Source: Botryllus schlosseri (taxonomy: Eukaryota). From it: a stretch of DNA of 64,000 nt. A program made the position numbers and the translations under genes. Under the pieces are notes generated by a model. That model made no database searches, was not told the origin of the DNA, and saw only the letters and a program-made list of their open reading frames with translations. This document shows, piece after piece, positions 1 through 11,350 of this stretch. The stretch lies in contig CM119375.1 of the NCBI GenBank assembly GCA_051294905.1, positions 4,030,001 through 4,094,000 on the forward strand, read 5' to 3'. Position 1 is the first letter of the stretch, and each line of letters begins with the position of its first letter.

Positions 1-124
1 GTGCTTAATTTGAGAGAAGCATGGGTAATCTGATACCGAGCTATTACGCTGTGATGTTATCCACTGATCAATTGATCATATCTAGAATCCAAGCCAGCAA
101 TTCTTTTTCACAGTGTGGTACGAC

Positions 125-530
125 TAGGGTTGCATTTAAAACAAACGTTGTTTTAAAACACGTTGTCTAAAATATGTTTTAAACAAAGGCCTTTTAAAAA
201 ATATAGTTTTTTAAGTTGTAAAATTATGCCATAATTGTGTAAATACTTTCCAAAATACATGTTGCATGAGGCTACGGACAATTACCACCCGGTATAGTCG
301 ACGAATATCGATATGGGATGGTTGGAACCCTCAAAATGGTCGGTTCAACAGCAATAGTTTCGTCAAATAAGCTATATTTACCCTGTGTTTTCAATTGTCA
401 ATGTCAATCCATTATGACGTTACAATTGAATATTCGTGACGTCGTGACTTAAAAAAACAATAAAAAACATGTTTTAAACACGGGCCTTGTTTCAAACATG
501 AAATTGATTTTTGTTTTAAATGCAATCCTA
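125..530. mobile_element. hAT-type MITE (TIR TAGGGTTGCATTTAAAACAAAC)
   Basis: TIRs at both ends; partial TSD ggtac; second copy in opposite orientation at 30521..30840. Confidence 0.7.
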
Positions 531-723
531 GGTACTGGTACAACCTGGGAGCACCCACACACACAGTATTACTGCATTTTGGCGATTATTTAATTATGCC
601 GCATTGTTGTATCATAAAACACAGCCTATTAACAACACGCATCGTCAGAGTAGATCGCTATTGATACCTTAAGTCGCTAAACAGAAATTGAAACTAGCGT
701 TCATCATTGCAATTGTCATAGAA

Positions 724-2319
724 CAGGGGTCGGCAACCTTTTGCTAGTCACGGGCCAAATTTCGAGTGTACAACTTTTGGCGGGCCGGAATTTTTCTTAA
801 TACTATATTTTACGCTCACTTCGGTACATTATCCTACATTGCTACAATCTCAATCATACCATTGATAAAACACAAGTATTTACACTTCAACAACGCCGAA
901 TAAATGTGACAATTGACGCAGCTTGCTTTTTGAAAGGTTTTCGACTTCTGGTAACAAGTCAGATGAAGCAAGAATCAGACAATATTTCAAGTGGGTGTCC
1001 GAAATACGTGATCTTGGCTTGCACTTCGTTAATTTCATTGCTCAAAATTAATGCTCACATGCATACGTGCTACCAAAAATCGATGCAATGTCTTTTGCAT
1101 CGTTGGACAAGCTGGGATAAAGATCAATTTCAAAAACGTGCTCCTTGTCAAAGTCATGCAGCGATATGCTCTTTGTATGAAATTTGTCATTCAATCCAAC
1201 TGCATCGCATTTCAAAAATTCCCAGTTGAAATTTTCAGGCAATGGTATTGGCGTCCACATTAAATGAAGTACTGAATAGTCAGAATTTGTTTCGTATAGA
1301 AGGAACGTCGGCAAAGCGGTTGAATATTCAGTAATTAAAATTCGTATCACAGTTACAAATATAGTGTTGGTACTAGGTTTTCTCTCCTCCAGTATAGGAA
1401 AGTGAGAATAATATTCTCACTACAGTTGACATTCCCCGAGACGCGGATTTGTTTCTAATGCGCATCAACATCTCATTTATTCAGTTACCCCCCCCCCCCC
1501 CGAAAATGCAAATTCTATTTGTTCAGATATGACGTTAAATGTAGGCTTACCAGGAGAGCAAGATTAGATACCCATTTTCGATTACAAGATTATGAGTCGG
1601 CGATACTTGTATTTTCGAGGAAAGTTGCTATTAATTTCTCGTTCATAGACTCGTGCAGGCATAGCTGCTCGATTTAATGCGCGAACATGGCAGATCTACA
1701 TTACATCGCCATATTGATTCTATGCTTATAGTAATATCTGGCGTAACAATTTTCGGGATTCAGTTTGTGAGACAAAATCATATTTACAGTTTTAATCATT
1801 GTGGCCAAAACTCTTCAGGTTTGTTGTCTTGGCGCACAATTCCTTCTGGTGAATTAAACTATGAATAACTAACCTACGGATACTATAGTTAGGCTATCTA
1901 TAATTAAACAGTGTAAGTTTGAGATTTTGTCATTGCGTCCGAGATATTCCGAGCGTTTTTGAAGCAGAGGAAGGACACCTTTATTGTCACACCCCATCGG
2001 TAAACCCTTTAAAAAGTATGGTACACCTTTGGTTGAGAGATACACCCGATTGATAAGCACTGATCTAGTCTACTCTAGACAATCTTGATTTCCTACTTCA
2101 ACCGCCTTCGTTTTATGGCGTCACAATGGACTAATACGATGTAGGCAACTTATATCGTAGCGATGCCACATTCTTTCCAAGCAGTGCTGCACTGCTGATT
2201 GAAACTCATTGTGAGACGGCGGGCCGTATTCTTGTGTTAAATAATTATTAGGCCACGGGCCGGACGATTTCGCTTGGCGGGCCGGATCCGGCCCGCGGGC
2301 CGTAGGTTGCCGACCCTTG
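724..2319 (-). mobile_element. hAT (Buster/Charlie/SPIN-type) element with decayed transposase
   Basis: TIR CAGGGGTCGGCAACC / GGTTGCCGACCCTTG; perfect 8-bp TSD TCATAGAA. Confidence 0.9.
880..2060 (-). pseudogene. Frameshifted hAT transposase (GTF2IRD2/SPIN-like C-terminal half)
   Basis: Motifs across frames: NKGVLPLLQK..LHCLI, HQKELCAK, QYGDV..CHVRALNR, SIFGSTYACE, MKLTKCKPRSRISDTHLKYCL; many stops. Confidence 0.8.
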
Positions 2320-2427
2320 TCATAGAATAATGGTCGTTCGTTGATCGAAATGAATGATTGGTGGAGCAAATGGGCTAGCTGTTCAGGTGTACCGGCAATG
2401 ATCAGATGGTGCTTGACAGACCGTAAA

Positions 2428-2492
2428 TTACGAACCCGTTTCACAGTGATCGACCAAGGCCCACCGACTTTCATTAAACCGTCGAAATAACC
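2428..2492 (-). CDS. Tentative terminal exon of gene 2 (RLFRRFNESRWALVDHCETGS-stop)
   Basis: Acceptor tattgtgtcag 48 nt after the CCP4 donor, phase-1 compatible; no poly(A) signal seen, and the gene may instead continue beyond the window start. Confidence 0.3.
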
Positions 2493-2540
2493 CTGACACA
2501 ATAGGCCTACTCAGTGAAAGTGACAGATGGGTATACTTAC

Positions 2541-2723
2541 TCAACTCGCACTTAGGGTCTTCTCCGATTTTCCATTTGCCACCATCCAAGCAGATATCGC
2601 CTCCAGGGCCTACGAGCTTGTATCCTTTGTCGCATCGGAAAACCACTTTCACGGTGGGCACAATAGGCGTGCTGGAGTATGACAAGCTTCCCTTGTTCGG
2701 GGCTTTTCGAGATGGGCAAGTGA
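2541..2723 (-). CDS. Gene 2 CCP4 exon
   Basis: tgttacag|ITCPSRKAPNKGSLSYSSTPIVPTVKVVFRCDKGYKLVGPGGDICLDGGKWKIGEDPKCEL|gtaagt; 183 nt. Confidence 0.93.
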
Positions 2724-5700
2724 CTGTAACACGCGAAGCAGTACATTAATTTTCTCCCATCGTGGTGTGTGTCATCCAGACTGTGGATGTTAGCATGCAT
2801 TTAAGTGACGAATTGACAAGACTTGTCACAAACAAGAGTGATATTGTATGTCGTAATTCTGGAGTACCGGGGATAGAGGACCAGTTGCTTTATGCGTGTT
2901 GATAACAACAATGTTCCCTCTAATTTTTGACCAGTCTGCGCGCAGTCACCAACTCACTGCGCGGTCTCTTGGACAACAGTGCGGAACGACTAAAAAAGGT
3001 CATCCCTTCGGATTTTTTGTGCGCAGCTTAGATTTTCTGTGCGTAGAGACCGTGTCAGCACTGTGAATTTGCGCACGTGCGCAGCTTAGAGGGAACATTG
3101 GAAATGGGAACATAGGTTATGGCTCATGTCGTCACTCGTCACGCGTGACTCGTTTAGGTCAGTTTTATCCTTCGTTTCTTTCCAGCTCAATCATCTATTT
3201 CAGTTGATAAACCCATAAGAATAGAGATATAATTGTACAATTTGCGGATCAAGGTGACTTTTGCACTTGTGAGCAATATGTGTTGTTGATTGACGACACA
3301 CTTCAATTTTCCCGAGGTTGTGCCTGCTAGTTGTGCTTACTCAAGTCCGTATCTTTTTAGACTTCCAGTTGAAGAGTTTTGTCGTCGAAACTACGCAACA
3401 TTTCACACTATGGATTTCGAAACTACTTATACTTCAGTATTTTTTCAGATCTACAATGTCAGCTTCTATACTTAAACTAGTTTTCGCGTGTCTTTGAAAA
3501 CCATCAATGCGCACAGTACGCAGTGCGCACTTTACCTAAGCAACAAAGGGTTGTTTACATAAGTAGTATCTGTAGTAGTATATGCATATAAGTAGTATAG
3601 TATATGTGTTGTAGTAATATGTATTTAAACTATATAGTGTATGTGTAGTAGTATATGTATATTATGTATATGTATATGTATAATGTATACCAGGGACGGG
3701 CAACATACGGCCCGTCTTACGTGAGGTGACCCGCGGCCCGAGTCTGCCGAGACTCCCCACTACTTGCTTAAACGTCAAATTTTAGTGAATGTATGTTATT
3801 ATATACGTGTGACCGTTGCGCACTAGGCCATAAATGGCTAAAAGCACCACTCATATTTGTAATAATAATAATAATAACAACTATTATTACTATTATTACA
3901 AATATGAGTGGTGCTTTTAGCCATTAACAACTATCTGTAATCTGACTTCTCCGTGTATTGCATAGTAATAACAATTTGAAATATTACTGAAATTTTAAAA
4001 ATTTACTCCAATGTCGCCATTTTCCTTTGGGGGCAGGTTGCTCCCGGATTATTTATTTACCAGTTTTACTGTGAATAAAGAATATAATAATAATATACGT
4101 GTGTGCGCAGCGTGCGAAAGTGGAGCTTACGCGTAAGGTCTTCGAAGCGAGATGACTTGCACTATCGGCATTTACGATGTACTCAACCCTAATGAATTGG
4201 TATCTTGGTAAATTTGGAGTACCGGGCTTATCGAACGCCTTGAAATCTTAATTAAGAATTGCACCGTGTGTTTATTGATCAGAGAGAAGCAGATATGGTG
4301 GTGCCTGTGTGACAGTGCTGTTCTCAAATCCACATTGCCTTCGTCATTATCAGCGAGAAACAGCTTTGAAATGACGTTGCTGTCGTTAAATTACATTCAT
4401 TAAATATGATTCATTCCTTGTATATGTGGATAAATGGGCGAATAATGTATCAATTCAGCAATCCGGCCCGCCAAGTACTTAATTTTCCTATATCCGGCCC
4501 GCCGACTGGAGAAGTTGTCCGCCCCTGATGTATACGATTGAAACGATGGAATACTTACTGAGCACGCATTTTGGCGTTTTGTCGACCTGCCACGAACCAT
4601 CCTTCTGACAAACGTCATCCTTCTCTCCCACGAGTCTGTAGCCGTCTTTGCACGAGAATCGGAGCTTGGTGCGGGGGATGAGAGGCCTCTGCGAGAACTT
4701 AACGAATCCCTGTGATGGCGCAGAGCGATCGGGGCAAGTGACTGAAATAATTTTGACGCGCTTGTTAGTACGATATTGTAATCAATGTCAACACGTTGAC
4801 GCGACCAAGTATTGAAGCCATACGTGGTCAGTGACTAAGTATTTCTACTTTTTCGGAGTACTAAACTATGTATATTCCTACTTCCAATTCAAGCCATTTT
4901 GACAGGTCTTGGAAATCTCGCCTTCTACCTGTAATCCAGTAGAAATATATAGCGTTACTTCTACTTGAGTGGCTGTGCAGACTGCACTTTGACAGCCTCT
5001 GATAGAAGACAATATTTCGAATGCATATGCTCATATGCAATTTTCACAAATTTCAATGGCTACTTCATAACTTGTTGGGTTGCCCAAAGAAAACGCTCCA
5101 CACAAGCTTTTGCTCAATTCCGACCCGTAGAAGCGACGTTATTACAGTAGAAAACTAGGGTTTGATGATCAGATTTCACTGGCTACCTCATAAAATTACC
5201 TACATTACCGGTACCTAAAATAACTATACATTACAACTTTTGGAAAGTTTTCAACTATCCACTAGCCCAGGGGCGGCCAACCCGTGGCCCGCGAGATGGT
5301 TCTTAATGGCCCGCAAGGTAATTCTCGAAATTAGTTCTATTATAAAAAAAATATCGGGGAAATTTATTGTGAACTTGCAAGGCCAACTAAAAATTTCACT
5401 AGCCTGACCGCGAAATTTGCTACAGGGATGTTGATGACAAACTTATCAGTTCCGACGCAGTGTCGTATAGCCAGGGTCTAGCCACAATTATCGTATATCT
5501 TTGTATATGACGATAAAGTAGAATATTTCGTGGTAGCTATATTTGACTTGATATTTTTCTTAACACTTCGCGCCATTTATAGCCACTCGATTTCTTGCTT
5601 TTAGTCTTGATACCACTCCCTGAAAATTAAAAATACGCCCAATTTATAGATTTGAGTCTGACTATATTCGCAATTGAGGAACGTATTGTTAAACATCCGA

Positions 5701-8700
5701 TTTTGCATGTGCGGTGGCAGAAATATCGTCGGCAAACGAAACCTTTGCACAAAATGATTGACGGATCTTCGCCAAATCTCCGATATTTAAAAGTCCGAAA
5801 GACGAGTAATCCTGTCCTTGCCAAATCCACCGAGCGGTTATAGAGGTGACATTATATTGACCGAATTCGTTCATTAACTTTGAAAAACGTTCGCGCCTGG
5901 CGTGGTTATGACATGAATACACATTACACACTGACTTTTCGTGACATATTTGATATCGATTTTGATGCGTTTTGTTTTCACCGTTACCATGGCCTATAGG
6001 CCATGTCGTTACCTAATCAGGATCGCTCCTATCGGACGACTACAAAGGTCATCAGCATTCAAGTAGCCCGCGCAATGGTTCGTAAATCTCATGTGGCCCT
6101 TTGGTCGAAAAGGCTGGCCGCCCCTGCACTAGCCAGTCCAAAACAAAACAAGTATGCTTTGTACAACCCCGCGTGCAATTGTGCAATTTCATCAACAGCG
6201 TTACGCTACTCACTGACGCATGTTGGATTGTCCTTTATCAGCCACATGTCGTCCTTCCCGCACTTGTTCTTGGACTTTCCGATGAGCACGTATCTTTTGT
6301 CGCAAGTGTATGTGACTTCGTCGTCCAGATAGTAGTACTTCTTCAGTGGGCTGATGTCACCGTTTGGCAGCGATGGTCGCGGTCGGCATTTAACTATACA
6401 CGCAGTTTAATTAAAACGCATCGCTACGGGAATTCGTGAAATTGCGCTCAGTAACTTGGATCACCAATTGATTGGAGTGTTTTAGTTTCGGTATACAATT
6501 TGATTTTTGGTTGACACTCGCCTGGGGTAATCGTTAGCAATATAGCATAGAATTGAGAACAAGGAGTTGCGAGATAGCGTATATTGGTATAATCCATAGC
6601 TGCAACACCAATGCGTTGCGGGTTCGAGTTCGACCGAGGTCGATTCCAGAATTCCTACCTAAGTGTTTAAGGTTTATCTAGGCTCCTCCTCGCTATCCCA
6701 TCCGCGGTGTCTTATAAAAGCCAAGAAGTGAGCCGTGCTACAAGTCATAAAAATGAAGAAAATTGGTCTGGTGTAAATAACCACAGAAGTTGACAAACAC
6801 CATGAATACCTCAAACAAAATCAAGCAATTGAGAACAACTATTTCAAGTGTTTAACTGGTATTTGCAGAACTTTAATCAAATGAATCGGTGCCCTTACAG
6901 GAGACAAATTTTGTGTCTTGATGTTAGCGGTAAAACTGTCACATGACCATGCAACACCTTGTATGTGAGCAGATTTTTGACGACAGGAGTGTCAAGTAGT
7001 TCCGGAGCAGACATATCGTATTCATATCTCAAATTACAGCCGGAGCAAATTTTGTTATATGTTTACAACTATGAAACTAAGACTTTCAGCGTTTACTAAT
7101 ACTAATTTACTAATAATTGAACGTCATCATCAGCACAGATTAAGAAAAGAGTAGTCTTTAAATCCGACATGAATAACAATATGCCTCTTCAGTGTTCATG
7201 TTAAGGAAAGAATATTCATTAGATTATATCCTAAAAATGCCACAGAATAGTTTGTAGAACTGCTAACGATGTCGGGTTTGTATTATCGTGTAACCACCTT
7301 TGTGGACTTCCGTGTTTATATTTTATTCTGATACGTGATCGTTATTTCATAGACCTCTTTTAGTCTTTTATACTGAGCGTTCTCACTCACCGCGATGAAA
7401 AATGCCGCTAGGCGTCAAGCACTAGATTGTTTCATTATATAAGCAACAGAAATAACAACAACTAATCATCATAATGAGTCGTTTTATATTGATAACCATG
7501 GAAAGGCTCACAGCCGAAAAGATATGCAATACTGCGGACTTACTCTTCACGCAACTGGGGTCTTTGTTGATAACCCATTCGCCGTCTTTCCCGCAAGTGT
7601 CGGTCTCCGAACCTTCCAGGCGGAATCCCGGTCTGCAGGAGAAGCGTACTTTTTCACCGATCACGAAGTAGCGTCTGTTTTTAGGTTTGGAGACTGAGCC
7701 GTTGTCGGGGGCACCGCGACGGTCGCATCGTGCTGCAAAACGACGATTGTGTTGAATGAAGAATAGAGTAAGCTGTCGTTTTTGAAAAGTATATTCATAT
7801 CTAAATAAAGCCGAATATTTTCGGCTGACACTTGCCAATGGTAATCGTCAGCAACTAGCAGAGAATTGAAAAGAGCGTTGTATATCAAAAAAGCTCAATT
7901 CACTATTTCTAGCAACTTCTATTGGCCCAAACTAGGTTAGCGTATTTTGATAAAAGTTAACTCCGAGGCACACAAATGAAAGTGTGAACGGCCTCTCGTC
8001 TCGGTAGAATTATCCAACAAATGTTTGCAGATGGCAGAATTCGTGGTCTTGTCCTGTTCTGATTGAACTTCAGGGGACGAGTCAAGGGCTACCTTTTCGC
8101 CGAGCGCGATGCGTGTGTTTTAGTAAATCTAGGGACATGCTGTCTTATGCGCAACGTTTTGTCGTTCTTACCACATAGCCACAATCACAATGGCACTACA
8201 GACTATATTGATTTGTTGAAGGACAGAAAGAACTCTTTACGTTGTATGTCTGTCTCGGGACAAGAAAGTTCATAGACATCAAACAATCATTTTTTTCCAG
8301 ATACGTGAATGTATAATATGCATTCAAGATGTCAAAAACGAACTTACATCTCTTAATGCACTTTTTCCAGTTTACTTCCAGGCCATACCAGCCGTAGCTG
8401 TAGCATATGGCGAAATCGTGTCTACCGTCTCCCAGTGAGTAACCGGTAGGACAATCGAAATAGATTTTCGAGCCGACCTTAACTCTCCTATAACGATCCA
8501 CGTATTTCGCAGACGCCGCGTCAGGTCTCATACCGTCTGGGCGCTTGGGCCAAAGGCAGACTGTGAAAAAAGTAATACCAACATGTACGTTGACCTGCCA
8601 TCATTCAGATTATATTGCAAATGTACTTACAATCATTGTTGGCAGCAGTCAATACTACTAAACCCAAAAGGGCGGCGCATGCAACGATCGCGTGCTTCAT
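2541..8700 (-). CDS. Gene 2: secreted multi-CCP protein (signal peptide + at least 4 CCP), paralogue of gene 1; 3' end uncertain
   Basis: complement(join(2541..2723,4559..4741,7544..7732,8348..8560,8631..8700)); all introns GT-AG and phase 1; open frame throughout. Confidence 0.9.
2909..3100. mobile_element. Small hAT-type MITE (TIR CAATGTTCCCTCTAA)
   Basis: 15-bp inverted termini; no clear TSD. Confidence 0.6.
3691..4527. mobile_element. hAT MITE, uninterrupted reference copy of the family
   Basis: TIR CAGGG(A/G)CGG(G/A)CAAC; perfect TSD ATGTATAC; related copies at 46971..49694 (nested) and 51636..52098. Confidence 0.88.
4559..4741 (-). CDS. Gene 2 CCP3 exon
   Basis: tatttcag|ITCPDRSAPSQGFVKFSQRPLIPRTKLRFSCKDGYRLVGEKDDVCQKDGSWQVDKTPKCVL|gtaagt; 183 nt; absent from the ORF track. 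Confidence 0.93.
5268..6126. mobile_element. Non-autonomous hAT element
   Basis: TIR CAGGGGCGGCCA; perfect TSD CACTAGCC. Confidence 0.88.
6563..6826 (+). mobile_element. tRNA-derived SINE, full length
   Basis: A-box-like TAGCGTATATTGG, B-box GGTTCGAGTTC, CAA-rich tail, perfect 12-bp TSD AATTGAGAACAA. Confidence 0.85.
7544..7732 (-). CDS. Gene 2 CCP2 exon
   Basis: ttttgcag|RCDRRGAPDNGSVSKPKNRRYFVIGEKVRFSCRPGFRLEGSETDTCGKDGEWVINKDPSCVK|gtaagt; 189 nt. Confidence 0.93.
7990..8270 (-). pseudogene. Decayed Penelope-like GIY-YIG endonuclease remnant in gene 2 intron 2
   Basis: Frameshifted motifs CHCDCGYV-RTTKR, RQHVPRF and SAICKHLLDN, typical of Penelope GIY-YIG domains. Confidence 0.55.
8348..8560 (-). 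CDS. Gene 2 CCP1 exon (atypical, long loops)
   Basis: ttttttcacag|FCLWPKRPDGMRPDAASAKYVDRYRRVKVGSKIYFDCPTGYSLGDGRHDFAICYSYGWYGLEVNWKKCIKR|gtaagt; 213 nt. Confidence 0.88.
8631..8700 (-). CDS. Gene 2 exon 1: signal peptide MKHAIVACAALLGLVVLTAANND
   Basis: ATG, basic n-region, hydrophobic h-region; T|GTAAGT followed by a 70-nt intron. Confidence 0.9.
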
Positions 8701-8716
8701 CCTCTTTCACTTTCTT

Positions 8717-8730
8717 CCTGTAGATCGAAA
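8717..8730 (-). promoter_or_regulatory. Splice acceptor 17 nt upstream of gene 2 ATG (5'UTR intron or SL trans-splice site)
   Basis: ggctttcgatctacag|gaagaaagtgaaagaggATG. Confidence 0.4.
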
Positions 8731-9215
8731 GCCAAGTGAGTAACTCTTCGCAATCGGCCTTTTTATACCAAGACAGCTTACCACAAAATTTAACAGGCGA
8801 ATCGCCTTTAGGCTAAATTTTGTGAAAAAATAAACGATTACTTTCTTCTCATGCCCGAAACGCGGCCCGCTCAATTAAAATACTGTTTCGGCTGTTTCAA
8901 AATACGCGTTTCGAAATTTATTCAGCAGGTACGCGGGAAAGAAGTCCTCGAAAAGAAAATTAGATAGCAAGGTCGCAATTCTTTATGCGCCTGTACACCT
9001 GGTTCACAAATTGATGAAGCAGCATTCATATCTACATCGCAAGTGACCTGGTTAAGCGCGAATTCAAGAGTGGCGTTAAAAATCACGTTTGGTCAGTTTT
9101 ACGTATCGGCCAATATTGTATGTGTCAATTTGCAGTGTGGCGTGTCCCTTTAGAATATTCAAGGCATGAAGACACCACGTTGTGTATTGACAGGTTGATG
9201 CATAAAATATTAGCC

Positions 9216-9379
9216 TCCTCCTCGCCATCTCATCCGTGTGCGTAGTGTCTTATAAAAGCCTAGAAATGGGCCGTGCTACAAATCGGCAGCTACGGAATAA
9301 AAATGAAGAAAATTGGTGCATATGGTGTAAATTACCATAGCAGTCGACAAACGCCATAAATACCATAAACAGAAACAAC
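9216..9379 (+). mobile_element. 5'-truncated SINE copy
   Basis: Body matches 6563..6826; TSD AATATTAGCC. Confidence 0.8.
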
Positions 9380-9466
9380 AATATTAGCCAACACATAACA
9401 TTGGGCGAATGTGGTGTTTACTCCACGCCTTGAATTTAAAGTCTGCCGGCGTGGTCGTGTTATGGA

Positions 9467-10064
9467 CAGGGTTGTAACCAAGTCACAAGGCTCCAAGTCT
9501 CAAGTCAGTCTCACTTTTATAGGATTGACTCGAGTCAAGTCGAGTCGAGTCATTTTCAATTCACCACCGAGTCAAGTCCGAGTCCAAGTCAGCGAGGAGA
9601 GGGTCGAGTCCGAGTCATGGTATTATGACTCGAGTCCGAGTCCAAGTCATTGTGTTGACCGCTCAATTTCCAGTTAAAGTCTTGTTAAACCCACTTTTTA
9701 TAACTGTTTGGTGATATCGAATGGTTCGCATTTATAATATAGTACTTTTCCTCACTTTTATTAGTTTCTGGTTGCATATTCAAGTACCAGTACCGAGAGA
9801 CGAAATCCCAATAGGGTGGCTATTCTACTATTCGAAATTACGATGAAATGTCTGTCTTGACCGTCTGAGTCTCGAGTCATATGACTTGGTTCGAGTCATG
9901 CGCAATGACTCGAGTCCAAGTCGAGTCCGTACACAAATTGACTTTGACTTGAGTCGAGTCATTTCCGTATTTTGAGAAAATGACTCGAGTCACGTCGAGT
10001 CATCAGAAAATCGTGACTCGTATCTGACTGGAGTCGAGTCATGACTCGAGTCATTACAACCCTG
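9467..10064. mobile_element. hAT MITE with GAGTC/GACTC-rich subterminal arrays
   Basis: TIR CAGGGTTGTAA; TSD GTTATGGA/GTTGTGGA; relatives at about 27820..28248 and 43182..43688. Confidence 0.85.
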
Positions 10065-10152
10065 GTTGTGGATAACCCGAAGTAAGCCGAAATTTCAACG
10101 GTAGTTGTCATAATATCAAGTATATAACAGAGCTATGAAAAATCAAAATCGG

Positions 10153-10156
<4 letters not shown>

Positions 10157-10188
<32 letters not shown>
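10157..10188. repeat. (TC)n microsatellite
   Basis: Direct reading. Confidence 0.95.
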
Positions 10189-10192
<4 letters not shown>

Positions 10193-10390
10193 GAAGCGTT
10201 CGTATGTTTGACAGTAATACTCCAGGTGGTGCTATAATAACTCGCCACATATATGCGATTCGGATGTAGCCATTGTACAATCCATATGCATATATATGAC
10301 TTTTTTGCCCCCGCCACATTTGAATTTAAAATGGTCCAACTGTCCAGTCTGTGGTAAGATGCGATTCACAAATCAGATGTCTATATGGGG

Positions 10391-10801
10391 CAGACTTGTC
10401 AACTAGAAATTTATCAGCTTTTCCAAATTCGAACAAAATGATAATTGTAGCTATACAGTTTTTTCCAAATTAGATTAGAATTAGAAGTACTGAATTCGAG
10501 ACAAGTACGACATTGGATCCAGTTCAGTTATTACCAAGTCATGGTTCAATCTTATGGGCAAGAGAATAGCCAATGCATGTACATTGTGCATGTACAACAG
10601 CAAGCTTGGCTCGTTTCGCACTTTACAGTTCTCTCGTAGCATTTGCAGGAAAACTTAGATTTAAAATGAGTGCATAGAAATATTTTTGAAATTAGATAAA
10701 ATGATAGCAAATAATCATTTCACGAATTAGATTGGAGTTACCGGCATTTCGATCTAATTAGTCTAATTAGACAACTAAAATTATATAGTTGTCCATGTCT
10801 G
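10391..10801. mobile_element. MITE family with TIR CAGACTTG(G/T)CAACTAG and TTAGA-rich interior
   Basis: Degenerate 8-bp TSD atatgggg/atgtggag; copies at 32016..32398, 39500..40132 and partially at about 46817..46950. Confidence 0.75.
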
Positions 10802-11120
10802 ATGTGGAGCCGACATGGGGTAACGAAGATTTGTAATCGTAATCGAATGCGACGATTACAAATCTTTAAAGAATCGTTGTTGTTGTTGTTGTTGTTGTCG
10901 TCGTCAATTACATTTGAAAATATTACAAAGTTGCCGTAATCGTAATCTATTCTTTTGGATAGTAAACATGTCGCTTTCTAAAAATCCGATTATTTAACTC
11001 CTTAGTCTCACCAAGTCTGTGATATAAACTAAGCTCGATGCTCTTTAGTATATCATAAGTGTAAGGTTATGTTATTCAATTTTTTTGTAAGGAATTATAT
11101 CAAGTAAGAACTAAGAATGC

Positions 11121-11350
11121 AGTGGCGAGATAGCGTTGTGGTAGCGTAGTAGACCCCAGAATTCCAACCTTGAGTGTTGGATATTTATCTAGGCCCCTCC
11201 TCGACATCTCATCCGCATAAGCGGTGCCTTACAAACAGCCTAAAAGTAGGCCGCGCTACAAGTCGGGAGATACGGAATCAAAAATAAGGAAAATCGGCCT
11301 GTAAATGACCATAGTAGTCGACAAACGCCAGGAATACCATAAACATCAAC
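11121..11350 (+). mobile_element. SINE copy with internally deleted tRNA head
   Basis: Perfect 12-bp TSD AACTAAGAATGC. Confidence 0.82.

Noticed and set aside
6563-6650. tRNA gene (also 47280..47355)
   Set aside because: A/B boxes are present but I could not form a full cloverleaf, and the head continues into a repeated body with TSDs; it is a SINE head.
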